Origin: Oscillospiraceae bacterium
GTDB lineage: Bacteria; Bacillota; Clostridia; Oscillospirales; CAG-272
DNA: 64,000 bases
NCBI GenBank assembly: GCA_015064205.1
Contig: SVSR01000004.1
Span: forward strand, 35,092 to 99,091
Direction: 5' to 3'
Both the position numbers and the translations under genes were made by a program. The notes below the pieces were generated by a model that saw only the letters and a list, made by a program, of their open reading frames with translations, made no database searches and was not told where the DNA came from. Below are positions 27,146-37,176 of this stretch, in pieces; the first letter of the stretch is position 1; every line of letters starts with the position of its first letter.

Positions 27146-27943
27146 TTATCTTACAAACTCCGCTATGTCATCTTCAACTAGTCCGACAAGCGAAGCAAGA
27201 AACTCATTCTGTTCACGTCTCTTGATATCGAGCCAGAAATGCGCATCGCTTCCGAATGTAAATTTACATCCCGCCTCTTTTGCAAGCTTAAACATCCTTA
27301 TATATGAGCTTTTTTCCATGTTTGCATCCGTTTTGCCCCAGTACAAGGCGCCCGCATTTATCTCAACGGCTATATCCTTTTTCGCTGTTTTTTCAAACAT
27401 TCTTTTAAACGTATCGTCGGATACCAGGTCAATCAGCATCCCGCTTGAATAAGGACATCTTACAAGCGAAAAGGGGTGCGCCATCGAAAGTATGTATTTG
27501 CTGATACTGCTTTTTATAATGTTGTCATACACCTCAAGCATATAATCATTAAGCTTTTCGGGTGTTTCAGCGTACATAGCCGGGCAGGTTTCATGAACGT
27601 GCGAGTGAGGAACAATTATAAAATCGAATTTTTCTGCTGTTTCTTCCGTTATGGCAGGTGCTTTGATAGCCGGATTGTACTCCACCTCTGCTCCGAAATA
27701 CAACTTTACTTCATCGCTGTTAAATCTGTCTATATCAGCCTTCACCTGAGATACGTGCGCATAGTTAAGCGGCTTGTAAAAATCAAATGCGCCCTCTATC
27801 TTATCGTCCCAGAAATGCTCGGTCACACCAAGCTTATTATATCCGATCTCCTTAGCTACCTTTACGTAATTTTCAATATTCGCTGTCTTATCGGCATCGT
27901 TTGAATAGAACGTATGAAAATGAAAGTCGTGTGTTATTTTCAT
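27146..27943 (-). CDS. PHP-family metal-dependent phosphoesterase (HisJ/histidinol-phosphatase-like)
   Basis: N-terminal DFHFHT, internal TEH, HSH, and C-terminal FGSDAH motifs. Confidence 0.75.
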   Translation of the reverse strand: MKITHDFHFHTFYSNDADKTANIENYVKVAKEIGYNKLGVTEHFWDDKIEGAFDFYKPLNYAHVSQVKADIDRFNSDEVKLYFGAEVEYNPAIKAPAITEETAEKFDFIIVPHSHVHETCPAMYAETPEKLNDYMLEVYDNIIKSSISKYILSMAHPFSLVRCPYSSGMLIDLVSDDTFKRMFEKTAKKDIAVEINAGALYWGKTDANMEKSSYIRMFKLAKEAGCKFTFGSDAHFWLDIKRREQNEFLASLVGLVEDDIAEFVR

Positions 27944-28058
27944 TATTAGTCACCTCTTTACTATAAGTATATCACAACTGATTTGTTTGTCAACATATAT
28001 CTTACAACATCTTACATATTGATTTTTTATTTCTTGTATGGTAATATAATCTATAACA

Positions 28059-29258
28059 TTGTTCCACACGGAGATAATTATGGACACAAATCTCACTCAG
28101 ATAACCGATATAATAAAAAGGGCATCGGAAAACGCCACGCTTAAAAAGATAGTCTTTTCAAAATCGCGTGACAAGAGCATCGTCAAAGCAACGGCTATAA
28201 TACTATCAGGCAAGAGCGGCACTTTCTTTCAGCTTGAAAGCTTTAGCTCAGACAACAAAGCTTTTCACAAAAATATTCCACTTGATGATGCTCCTGATAT
28301 GCTTGCAAAAATATCACTCGAAGGCTTTATGCAGACAAATATCCTGACAAGCGCCGGAGACTGCGAGATCAAAATATCAAAATCGGGTGCAGTTTATATA
28401 GGCAACAAGATAAAGACGGACGGCATAAAAATTACACCTTTATCCCACAACAGACAAAAGCATTATATACTCGATAAATATCTTTCCGAGCCGTTTTTAT
28501 ACAAGCTTGGTATAACCGACAAAAACGGTCGTATACACGACAAGATGCAGGCAAAGTACAGACAAATCAACAGATTTATTGAAATTGTAAACGATATGTC
28601 GGATGCGCTTAAAGAAAATGACAGTATTCTCGTATACGACCTGTGCTGCGGCAAAAGCTACCTTTCTTTTGCGCTCTACTTTTACCTTGAAAAGATACTC
28701 GGTTTGAGTGTTGAAATGATCGGTGCAGACCTCAAAAGCGACGTTGTAGAATACTGCAACAGCACCGCTCGGGCTTGCGGTATGCAAGGTCTTAAATTTC
28801 TTTGCGGCGACATTGCCACCATCGGTCTGGACAGGCCTGCTGATATGGTAGTGTCACTTCATGCGTGCGATATTGCCACCGACATCGTTTTAGCTCACGC
28901 GATACGTTCGGGCGCTAAGACAGTTCTCTCCACGCCTTGCTGCCACAAAGAGCTGTTCTCAAAGATCAAGGAAATATCCGAAGACACAAGAAAAAATCTT
29001 TCTTTTGTTTTGGAACACTCAATGAGTGCTCAGAAGCTTTGTGAAAATCTTACCGATTCGCTCCGCGCAAAAACCCTTGAAGCTTACGGTTACGATGTTG
29101 ATATGATAGAGCTTGTAACTCCCGACGACACTCCCAAAAACCTGCTTATACGCGCTATAAAGCGACACAGTAAGCAAGATACTGAAAAAATGTCAGAGCT
29201 TGAAAAAGCACGAACCACTATCGGTGCTGTGCTTACTCTTGAAAACCTGCTTAAATAA
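28059..29258 (+). CDS. Class I SAM-dependent methyltransferase with an uncharacterised N-terminal domain
   Basis: Motif I VYDLCCGKSYLSF, later VVSLHACD. Alternative start MDTNL at 28080. Confidence 0.7.
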   Translation: MFHTEIIMDTNLTQITDIIKRASENATLKKIVFSKSRDKSIVKATAIILSGKSGTFFQLESFSSDNKAFHKNIPLDDAPDMLAKISLEGFMQTNILTSAGDCEIKISKSGAVYIGNKIKTDGIKITPLSHNRQKHYILDKYLSEPFLYKLGITDKNGRIHDKMQAKYRQINRFIEIVNDMSDALKENDSILVYDLCCGKSYLSFALYFYLEKILGLSVEMIGADLKSDVVEYCNSTARACGMQGLKFLCGDIATIGLDRPADMVVSLHACDIATDIVLAHAIRSGAKTVLSTPCCHKELFSKIKEISEDTRKNLSFVLEHSMSAQKLCENLTDSLRAKTLEAYGYDVDMIELVTPDDTPKNLLIRAIKRHSKQDTEKMSELEKARTTIGAVLTLENLLK

Positions 29259-29262
29259 CAAG

Positions 29263-29290
29263 AAAACCGCTGAATGTCAGCGGTTTTTTT
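29263..29290. terminator. Bidirectional terminator
   Basis: AAAACCGCTGA-atg-TCAGCGGTTTT; overlaps the last codons of the minus-strand gene. Confidence 0.7.
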
Positions 29291-30266
29291 GTGCTTTTAT
29301 AATTTTTTCAATACCGTCTTCGATAAACGGCATAACTTGTTTTATTGCAACTGTGCAGTTTTTATCTGTTTTATTTCTGAATTTGACGGACTCTACGTTA
29401 TGTACCGGCATACACAGAGCTAATGCTACACTCTCCTGTTTTACTCTTGCAATAAGCTTCCACGAATACAACGAGCAAAAATTGACAAGAGAATTTATAA
29501 CCCTCGCGCTTTCTTCGTCATCGGCAAAAAGCTCCTCGGGTTTTACTCTGCTGTCACGCAGGCTACCCGCACATGCGGCTTCCGCTATAATATTGCACAT
29601 ACCCTCTCTTTGATTTATGCGCACGGATACGCGTCTGTCATTTGACTTATTCATAACGGCAAGTATAAGCGTTTGTATAACAAGCATGGTGTCAAAGAGG
29701 TTTACGTTACAAACCGGACTTTGCGAAAATCTCATATCGCCATCTATTCTGAATCCGTATACCATCAGCTTCTCTTTAAGAGCCCTGACAGCACAGTCTG
29801 CCACCGAGTCAAGGCAAAAATATCCGACCGTAAAATCCGACATCGGTTCAACAACGTCGTTTTTGCTGCCGCTTTTAGTTAAAAGCTTTAAGACTCTGCC
29901 GCCGAAAACAGGTATCAGTGCACTTACACCAAAGCCCTCAAAACCCGTATAAAATCTTGTGTTTTTCATAATGGGAAAATTTTGGCAATTTAGCTTTTTG
30001 TCCGTGCATATAACCGACTTTTCGCCAAAAAGATCGACTGTCAGCATATCAAATTCAAAATCCGCGCCGCCGAAATTATATATAGCAGAAAGTATTTCAT
30101 CACCCTCAGGCACTTTTTCCATAATAATGCTGTTACAGTGCTTTGTTCTGCAAAGCCTGTCAAAAGCACGGTTTTTATATATAAGCGCACCGTCCGTATC
30201 CGACGTGCATACCGCCTCACCCATTATCGAGAGCCTGGATGAGGCAAATATTTCTTCATGTATCAT
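29277..30266 (-). CDS. Cytoplasmic protein of unknown function: PAS-like N-terminus + degenerate GHKL/histidine-kinase-like C-terminus
   Basis: GEAVCTSDTDGALIYKNRAFDRLC is PAS-like. LILAVMNKSNDRRVSVRINQREGMCNIIAEAACAG resembles an N-box region, but I see no H-box or G-boxes. ATG 30266 preferred over the listed TTG 30314. Confidence 0.4.
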   Translation of the reverse strand: MIHEEIFASSRLSIMGEAVCTSDTDGALIYKNRAFDRLCRTKHCNSIIMEKVPEGDEILSAIYNFGGADFEFDMLTVDLFGEKSVICTDKKLNCQNFPIMKNTRFYTGFEGFGVSALIPVFGGRVLKLLTKSGSKNDVVEPMSDFTVGYFCLDSVADCAVRALKEKLMVYGFRIDGDMRFSQSPVCNVNLFDTMLVIQTLILAVMNKSNDRRVSVRINQREGMCNIIAEAACAGSLRDSRVKPEELFADDEESARVINSLVNFCSLYSWKLIARVKQESVALALCMPVHNVESVKFRNKTDKNCTVAIKQVMPFIEDGIEKIIKAQKNR

Positions 30267-30344
30267 TATTGACTTCTCAAAAAACAAAATTTGCGCAGAG
30301 CATAATCTGCACAAATCTAATTTTATTGCATTTAAAGCTCCAAG

Positions 30345-30851
30345 TCAAGCAGTTTTGTCAAAAAAGCATACGCTTATCATATATACAGACGTTAAAAGAA
30401 GCGTTATGCTCGCCCCTTTCATAGCAAAATATATTGCAACTATCCATATAAAAATGCTGATAATAACACTCAATCTTCTCATAAGCTTATAAACTGTGCT
30501 CTCGCTCATACCGATAATAAGCAAAAGTGTACGCAGTATATCTCCGCCGTCAAGAAAATAAAGCGGCAACAGATTAAACAGACCGTACGCGAGCATAGCG
30601 TATGCATATTCACTTTGCTTAAGTAAAAAAAATATATGTGCGCCGAGAATATTGGCAAGTATTCCGGAAATGCTGACTAAAAGCTCTTTCACATAAGAAC
30701 TCTTACTGTAATCGGCGCCGATAAGCACGCCCCAGAAACGTGTTCTTGCAGAGTAGATCTTAACCTTTAATATAAGCATCATAAAAAGATGCCCGAGCTC
30801 GTGAACGGCAAGCGCTGTTATTACGGCAAAGAGATATTCAAGAGTCTGCAC
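30345..30851 (-). CDS. Minimal site-2 protease (peptidase M50, SpoIVFB-like core; no CBS/PDZ)
   Basis: HELGH in TM1 and NLLPLYFLDGG downstream (zinc ligands H, H, D). About 4-5 TM segments. GTG start overlaps the upstream gene's stop by 14 nt. Confidence 0.75.
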   Translation of the reverse strand: MQTLEYLFAVITALAVHELGHLFMMLILKVKIYSARTRFWGVLIGADYSKSSYVKELLVSISGILANILGAHIFFLLKQSEYAYAMLAYGLFNLLPLYFLDGGDILRTLLLIIGMSESTVYKLMRRLSVIISIFIWIVAIYFAMKGASITLLLTSVYMISVCFFDKTA

Positions 30852-31176
30852 CCATCACCTCAACGTCAGTTTCAGGCGGTGTTATTACGGGAGGAAGAAC
30901 GCGCGAAGCGGATGAATATATGTCCGATTCCGTAGCGTATGTCAGGATATCCTCTTTTTGTCCTGACTGTATATATATTATATTGTTTGCGGCACTAAAG
31001 CTTATAGCCGAAGGCGTGCCGTGATCTGTATCATTGAGCATAAAAAACACTGCTTCTGCACTTTCGCTGTAATCCGAGGCAGGAAGATACGCGCCATCGT
31101 TACCGTAGCGCATCATAACGAGAGCAAAAAAGCTCAGCGCCGTGCAAAGCAGAGCCGACTTTATTTTTATTTTCAT
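30838..31176 (-). CDS. Small signal-peptide/TM protein of unknown function
   Basis: MKIKIKSALLCTALSFFALVMM, then a Ser/Asp-rich domain. GGAGAG SD. First gene of the three-gene minus-strand operon. Confidence 0.5.
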   Translation of the reverse strand: MKIKIKSALLCTALSFFALVMMRYGNDGAYLPASDYSESAEAVFFMLNDTDHGTPSAISFSAANNIIYIQSGQKEDILTYATESDIYSSASRVLPPVITPPETDVEVMGADS

Positions 31177-31311
31177 ACCAAAAACTCTCCACGTATATTT
31201 TACTACAATATATGCCCGTGCTTTGGACCTTATGAAAAATATTGACTTTTGTGGACAAATGGTATATAATCGACTCATAATAATTATATACACTCTAAAG
31301 GTGATATTTTA

Positions 31312-32157
31312 ATGAAAAACATACTGGCGATACACGACCTCTCCTGCTTTGGCAGATGCGCGCTGACTGTTGTTATCCCGACGCTTTCTGCTATGACACA
31401 TCAGGTTACACCTCTGCCAACGGCGCTTCTCTCCACACATACGGGCGGCTTTGAAGGTATGAACTTTATCGACTTATCCGATACGATGCGCATAAATTTT
31501 GATCACATGAAATCTTCAGGTGCTGACTTTGATACCGTCTACTCGGGATTTCTCGGAAGTGCCAAGCAGATAGACACGGTTGCAGAAATAATAAAAAAAT
31601 CGAAAAATGCTTTTATATGCGTTGATCCTGTTATGGGTGACGACGGAAAGCTTTATCAGACGTATACAGAAGAAATGAAAGAGCGCATGAGCGAGCTTTG
31701 CCACCTTGCCGACCTTATAACTCCTAATCTGACAGAGGCGGCATTTTTGCTGGGCGAAGACTTTTTGGACACCCTGTGCATGTCCAAAAAAGAAGCCGTA
31801 GATTTTGCAAAAGAGCTGTGCGGCAGGCTTTATGAAAAATTCAAGAACCCATATATAGCAGTAACCGGAATAAAATACAAAGACGGCGACAGGGAATTTA
31901 TAGGCACGGCAGTAATGCATGAGTGCGGCTTTGACTTTATAATAAGAGATCACGTATGCGCAAGCTATCCCGGCACGGGCGACATATTTGCAAGCGCACT
32001 TATCGGCTCAATGCTTAGAGGCAAAAGTTTTTCTGACAGCGCAGACTTTGCATCGGGCTTTATAAGAGAGCTTGTTGAAGATACGTATGCCGCCGGCACA
32101 CCGGTGAGAAACGGTGTTTTGCTTGAAAAAAATCTTTACAGACTTATAACACATTAA
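31312..32157 (+). CDS. pdxK: Pyridoxal/pyridoxine/pyridoxamine kinase
   Basis: ILAIHDLSCFGRCALTVVIPTLSAM, DPVMGDDGKLY, GTGDIFASAL. Confidence 0.85.
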   Translation: MKNILAIHDLSCFGRCALTVVIPTLSAMTHQVTPLPTALLSTHTGGFEGMNFIDLSDTMRINFDHMKSSGADFDTVYSGFLGSAKQIDTVAEIIKKSKNAFICVDPVMGDDGKLYQTYTEEMKERMSELCHLADLITPNLTEAAFLLGEDFLDTLCMSKKEAVDFAKELCGRLYEKFKNPYIAVTGIKYKDGDREFIGTAVMHECGFDFIIRDHVCASYPGTGDIFASALIGSMLRGKSFSDSADFASGFIRELVEDTYAAGTPVRNGVLLEKNLYRLITH

Positions 32158-32209
32158 CTTATGTTTCTTTGCATAAAATTATTTGACAAAACACGAAGGG
32201 AAGCATTAT

Positions 32210-32710
32210 ATGAGAGAGATTAAACCGTCTGAAATACAAAACAACGCTTTTTCACTTATAGGCGATGACTGGATGCTTATAACAGCAAAGAAGCCTGACT
32301 CAAGCGTTAATACGATGACTGCAAGCTGGGGCGGCGTTGGAGTATTATGTAACAAGAACGTATGCTTCGTATTTATAAGACCTCAGCGCTACACGTATGA
32401 GTTTACAGAAGCATGCGAGTCGTTCACGCTCAGCTTTTATCCCGAAGACTTCAGAAGTGCGCTCACGCTTTGCGGAAGAAAGAGCGGCCGCGATCTTGAC
32501 AAGATAAAAGAAGCAGGACTTATACCGGCAGAGCTTGACGGCACGGTATATTTTGAGGGTGCAAAGCTTGTTATGAAGGTAAAGAAGCTATACAAAACGC
32601 AACTTAGAAAAGATGAGTTTATTGATATAAGTTTGCCCGACAAGGTATACCCCACAAACGATTATCATTACGTTTACGTTTGCGAAATAGAAAAGGTAAT
32701 GGCAGAATAA
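32210..32710 (+). CDS. Flavin reductase-like (FMN-binding split-barrel) protein
   Basis: AFSLIGDDWMLITAKK..NTMTASWGGVG pattern. GAAGGGA SD 8 nt before ATG 32210. Confidence 0.75.
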   Translation: MREIKPSEIQNNAFSLIGDDWMLITAKKPDSSVNTMTASWGGVGVLCNKNVCFVFIRPQRYTYEFTEACESFTLSFYPEDFRSALTLCGRKSGRDLDKIKEAGLIPAELDGTVYFEGAKLVMKVKKLYKTQLRKDEFIDISLPDKVYPTNDYHYVYVCEIEKVMAE

Positions 32711-32964
32711 AAAAGCAGATGAGAAAAGAGACGCAGAATTATCAGCTTTAGGTTTTTCTGTTTTAAGATACTCAAACAAAGATATAAATAGTAATTTCAA
32801 CACCGTAGCAGAAGATATTTTGAAAAAGCTAAACCTGACTGCTGCTGATTTGAAGAATGAACCACCACGTTAGCAGCAGATAATGAGTCGTGCAGTTTAT
32901 GACACTTCATTTAGTTTTATAAATTCGATTGACTCCTCATCCGTCAGCCGTCAAGCGGCTGCCA

Positions 32965-32991
32965 CCTTCCCCGGCAGGGGAAGGCTTTTTT
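32965..32991 (+). terminator. Orphan intrinsic terminator with no recognisable upstream gene
   Basis: CCTTCCCC-ggca-GGGGAAGG-C-TTTTTT, preceded by hairpins 32945-32961 and 32839-32879. Confidence 0.65.
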
Positions 32992-32998
32992 ATTTGTA

Positions 32999-33027
32999 TT
33001 TGAAATGTTCACATTATTATAGTATAA
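32999..33027 (+). promoter_or_regulatory. Sigma-A-type promoter of the 33095 gene
   Basis: TTGAAA-17 nt-TATAAT. Confidence 0.6.
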
Positions 33028-33094
33028 TGTTTGAAGAAATAAAGTATTTTTCTGTTTTTGAAAGTATTATAAACCTTAAAAGGAGCAAGCATTT

Positions 33095-35650
33095 ATGTCA
33101 AAGCGCGCTTTAAAAACAGTTGCTATATCAATTATACTATTTCTTTTATGCTCTGTGTTTTTCATATCCGTTTCGGCTGACCTGATGCCCGCTGATATCG
33201 ACTCTGTCTTAATAGACGATACGTTTGAGCATATAGAAATATCGGCAAACATAAGCAAGGATTTTGCAGATGCAAACAAGGATTCTTCACTGTACCTTTT
33301 TGAACTTTTGCCAAATGAAAGCGTCAGTAATCTGAATTCTCTCTCTCCGATAATGCAGACATACGTTGACAGTACCCTTTCCAAAAAGATAGACTTTAAA
33401 GAAAGAATGCTCTACTCCTCATTTTTGTTTGCAGTTAAAAACGATGACGGCACATATACGCCCGTTTCGGAAAATAAGTACGTTCACAATCCCGAAGTAT
33501 TAGCAACAAACAACACTCCTTTCCCGGAGCGCACCACAAAAAAAGGACTTTGCACACAGATAGTTTCAGATGCACAGTATCTCGGCGCGGCGCATACGAT
33601 AATAAGTATAGAAATTGACGAATATATGTCGCAAAACATGCGCGAGGACACCGTTGCCTACAACTACCTTGGCCAGACCTTTTATTTCTATCAAAGCAAG
33701 CTTTTGGCGCTTGATCACAAGGTAAAAACACTGACAGACGCAGGCATAAACGTATACTTCAATATAGTTTTGGGAAAAAGCGATGAGGGCGAGCTTGACT
33801 TTTTATACATAGACAAAAATTCAACAAATGCTTCTCTTTATGCTATCAATACCCAAAGCGCACAGTCTTCAAGATATTTCATGGCATTTTGCAAATTCAT
33901 TGCTGAGAGATATTCGGATGAAAACTGCGAAAACGGCTTTGTCTGCTCGTATATACTCGGCTATGAGGTAAACACCACAGGCCTATGGAATCATATTTCA
34001 AGCGTTTCCTTTGATACCTACGTTCGCTATTATGAAAATGCATACCGCATACTTCACAGTGCCGTCAAGAGCACGTATTCTGACGCAAGAGTATTTATAT
34101 CACTTTCAAATCTTTTTAATGCAGAAGAGGGCTCAAGCGATTTCGGCGCAAGAAAGTTTATCGAAGCTTTCAGCAAAAATATAAAAGCACGCGGTGATAT
34201 CGGCTGGTCGCTTGCCATAAATCCTTATGCGTCAGATCCTTCAAACACAGAGTTCTGGAATGACGAGTTTGCCACGGATAGTATTGACAGCCCCTATCTT
34301 ACCATGAAAAACCTTAGCGTTTTAACCGAGTTTATGAGCACAGAGCCCCTTTTATACGACGGTAAGGCAAGACATATAATCGTAAGCGAGTTTGGCATAC
34401 ACGGTAATTATAATGACGCGCGAAGTAACGACTGTCAGGCAGGAGCATACGCCCTTGCTTACGCCATTGCAGATCAGAACAAGGATATCGACGCTTTTAT
34501 ATACTACCGCCACGTTGACTATCCCGCCGAACCCGTACATCTCGGGCTCTGGACTTCACACGCATTATCCCCGCTTAATCCCGAAAATAAAAAAAGCATA
34601 TATGATATCTTCAGAAATGCAGACACAGAAAAAGCTCAGGCGGGACTTGATATGGCGCGTGCATTTTGCACCGATGAGGTTTATACAAAGCTTGTTGGCG
34701 AATACAAAGCTAAGCCTAAGCGCTCTGTTATAGAAGCTGTTCCCGTCGCCCCGGCGGATGTTCCCTCAACATTTAAGAAAAACGTTTTGTTTGATTTTTC
34801 AAAGGGAAGCCTTTACAATTTTTATCCGTCAGACAGCTCTGCGTTTGTTGAGCTTCGTCCCATAAGCGAGAGCGAATATACGTCATATCTTTATTCAAAG
34901 CAAAACCTCTCGTCCACAAAAACATATTCGGGTATATCAAAGGAACTTTCAGACATAATTGCAGATCGCGCTGAATACATAAGTCTTTCATTCAAGCCGG
35001 TCACACCGAATCCGCAAACGGTTACACTCATGCTCCGCCTTGACAATAACGGGCAATCGTTTGAGGGCATAGTTCAGCTTACGTCAAACGAAGACAGTGA
35101 AATCACGTTTAAAATATCCGATTACGTAAAGGCAACGGACGGAAGCCTTGGCACCATGAAGCTTTTATACAAGCCCACGTCCGAAAGCATAGAAGCCGGC
35201 GAATACGGTTTGTGGCTTAAGAGTGTAACGCTTTATGAAAAAACGGGGCTTTCTACTGCTATAACCGTTATCATCACGTTAATTACGGTTATCATAATCC
35301 TTGCTCTCTGCGCGGCAATTATTATTCTAAAATACCACAAGCCCTTGCAAAACAGACTTAAAGCGATAATTGGAAAAACAAAATCAAAAATAATAGGATT
35401 TTTAAAAGATAAAAAGATCATATCACGCCGCCGCAAAAAGAAAAAGGGCGCGCGTATAACTCCTCCAAGCAAAGTGCCTGCAAATCAAGTTAAGCACAAT
35501 AACCTGGGCAGAGTGTACAATCAGCCTGAGCGGCCGCATATAGTTAACGGCAGAGTTATTCCCGGAGCGAGAAATCAGGTACCGAATATAAATTCATCTT
35601 TAAATAAAAGGGCATATAACTCAAATCAAGTCAAAAAAGAGGATAAATAA
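33095..35650 (+). CDS. Large type-I membrane protein: extracellular clan GH-A-like (TIM-barrel glycoside-hydrolase-like) region, C-terminal TM, long basic cytoplasmic tail
   Basis: Signal peptide (AISIILFLLCSVFFISVSA). GYEVNT and IIVSEFG resemble the acid/base and nucleophile strands of clan GH-A enzymes. TM at AITVIITLITVIIILALCAAIIIL. The tail has RRRKKKKG. The family call (DUF5722-like) is from memory and tentative. Confidence 0.5.
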   Translation: MSKRALKTVAISIILFLLCSVFFISVSADLMPADIDSVLIDDTFEHIEISANISKDFADANKDSSLYLFELLPNESVSNLNSLSPIMQTYVDSTLSKKIDFKERMLYSSFLFAVKNDDGTYTPVSENKYVHNPEVLATNNTPFPERTTKKGLCTQIVSDAQYLGAAHTIISIEIDEYMSQNMREDTVAYNYLGQTFYFYQSKLLALDHKVKTLTDAGINVYFNIVLGKSDEGELDFLYIDKNSTNASLYAINTQSAQSSRYFMAFCKFIAERYSDENCENGFVCSYILGYEVNTTGLWNHISSVSFDTYVRYYENAYRILHSAVKSTYSDARVFISLSNLFNAEEGSSDFGARKFIEAFSKNIKARGDIGWSLAINPYASDPSNTEFWNDEFATDSIDSPYLTMKNLSVLTEFMSTEPLLYDGKARHIIVSEFGIHGNYNDARSNDCQAGAYALAYAIADQNKDIDAFIYYRHVDYPAEPVHLGLWTSHALSPLNPENKKSIYDIFRNADTEKAQAGLDMARAFCTDEVYTKLVGEYKAKPKRSVIEAVPVAPADVPSTFKKNVLFDFSKGSLYNFYPSDSSAFVELRPISESEYTSYLYSKQNLSSTKTYSGISKELSDIIADRAEYISLSFKPVTPNPQTVTLMLRLDNNGQSFEGIVQLTSNEDSEITFKISDYVKATDGSLGTMKLLYKPTSESIEAGEYGLWLKSVTLYEKTGLSTAITVIITLITVIIILALCAAIIILKYHKPLQNRLKAIIGKTKSKIIGFLKDKKIISRRRKKKKGARITPPSKVPANQVKHNNLGRVYNQPERPHIVNGRVIPGARNQVPNINSSLNKRAYNSNQVKKEDK

Positions 35651-35725
35651 GCGACGGTTTGTGGCTTTTTAACTGCATATACAAAAAAATTACAGGTAGT
35701 TTTTGAAATTTCGTGCATTTTTATC

Positions 35726-35754
35726 TTGCATTTTGGAGCAATATAGGGTATAAT
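35726..35754 (+). promoter_or_regulatory. Sigma-A-type promoter of the aminotransferase gene
   Basis: TTGCAT-17 nt-TATAAT. Confidence 0.6.
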
Positions 35755-35835
35755 ATAAAGCAAACGTACTCGAATTTGCAATTTTAGCAACAAAAATCTT
35801 GCATTTTAATCATTTTCCACAAAGGATTTACATTA

Positions 35836-37113
35836 ATGAACTACCTAAGTCTCACAAAAGAAGAAGCTTTAACAGAGCTTTCCTCCTTAAAAAACGAATA
35901 CGATGCGCTTAAATCGAAAGGGCTTAAGCTTGATATGTCCCGCGGAAAGCCCGGCAAAGCACAGCTTGATATTACGATGGGTATGATGGATACCCTTTCG
36001 TCAGATAGTGACTGTCGTGCCCAAAACGGATTTGACGTTCGTAACTACGGTATTCTCGACGGTATCGATGAAGCAAAAAAACTTTTTGCAGATCTTTTGA
36101 ATTTGAAGTCAGAGAGAATAATAGTTGCAGGTAACTCAAGCCTTAACCTTATGTATGATACCGTTGCACGCGCAATGCTTTACGGCGTTCTCGGTTCTGC
36201 TCCCTGGGCTAAGCTTGACAAGGTGAAATTCTTATGCCCTGCTCCCGGATACGACAGACACTTTGCTATATGTGAGTCGCTCGGTATTGAAATGATAACC
36301 GTGCCTATGACAAACGACGGTCCTGATATGGACGTTGTTGAAAAGCTTGTATGCGAAGACGAAAGCATCAAGGGCATATGGTGTGTACCGAAGTATTCCA
36401 ATCCCGGCGGTATAGTATATTCAGACGAAACCGTTAAGCGTTTTGCCGCCCTGAAGCCTGCGGCAAAGGATTTCAGAATCTTCTGGGACAATGCATACGC
36501 GGTGCATGATTTTGATGTTGATAATCCCGAAAAGCTTCTTGATATATTCGATGAAGCTGAAAAATGCAATAATATAAATATGATATATTACTTCGCTTCA
36601 ACCTCGAAGATCTCATTCCCCGGCTCGGGTGTTGCTATAATGGCGGCAAGCGAAGAAAATATAGCACAGATCAAAAAGGTAATGACCGTGCAGACTATCG
36701 GCTTTGACAAGCTTAACATGCTCCGCCACGTCAGATATTTCAAAAATACCGACGGCGTTCTTAAACACATGAAAAAGCATGCAGAAATTATAAAGCCGAA
36801 ATTTGATATTGTACTTGACACGCTGGAACGTGAGCTTGCAGGCACGGGTATTGCAAGCTGGACTGAGCCTCGCGGCGGATATTTCATCAGCCTTGACGTT
36901 ACACGTGGATGCGCTAAGCGTGTTCACAAGCTTGTAAGCGAGCTTGGCGTAACGCTCACACCTGCCGGCGCAACCTTCCCCTACGGTAAGGATCCTGACG
37001 ATTCGAATATCCGTATAGCGCCCACATTTCCGCCAAATGACGAGCTTTTGGCGGCAAGCGAAATTCTTTGCCTTTGCGTAAAGATTGCAGCACTTGAAAA
37101 AATGTATATGTAA
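35836..37113 (+). CDS. PLP-dependent aminotransferase (class I/II fold; aspartate-aminotransferase-like family)
   Basis: [31 protein letters not shown] (Lys for PLP), typical length. Confidence 0.8.
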   Translation: MNYLSLTKEEALTELSSLKNEYDALKSKGLKLDMSRGKPGKAQLDITMGMMDTLSSDSDCRAQNGFDVRNYGILDGIDEAKKLFADLLNLKSERIIVAGNSSLNLMYDTVARAMLYGVLGSAPWAKLDKVKFLCPAPGYDRHFAICESLGIEMITVPMTNDGPDMDVVEKLVCEDESIKGIWCVPKYSNPGGIVYSDETVKRFAALKPAAKDFRIFWDNAYAVHDFDVDNPEKLLDIFDEAEKCNNINMIYYFASTSKISFPGSGVAIMAASEENIAQIKKVMTVQTIGFDKLNMLRHVRYFKNTDGVLKHMKKHAEIIKPKFDIVLDTLERELAGTGIASWTEPRGGYFISLDVTRGCAKRVHKLVSELGVTLTPAGATFPYGKDPDDSNIRIAPTFPPNDELLAASEILCLCVKIAALEKMYM

Positions 37114-37120
37114 CAAACAA

Positions 37121-37151
37121 ATCACCTGGAGCGTTGCTTCAGGTGATTTTT
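37121..37151 (+). terminator. Aminotransferase terminator
   Basis: ATCACCTGGAG-cgttg-CTTCAGGTGAT + TTTTT. Confidence 0.75.
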
Positions 37152-37176
37152 GCAGGGATAAATTTTCAAAAAGCTC

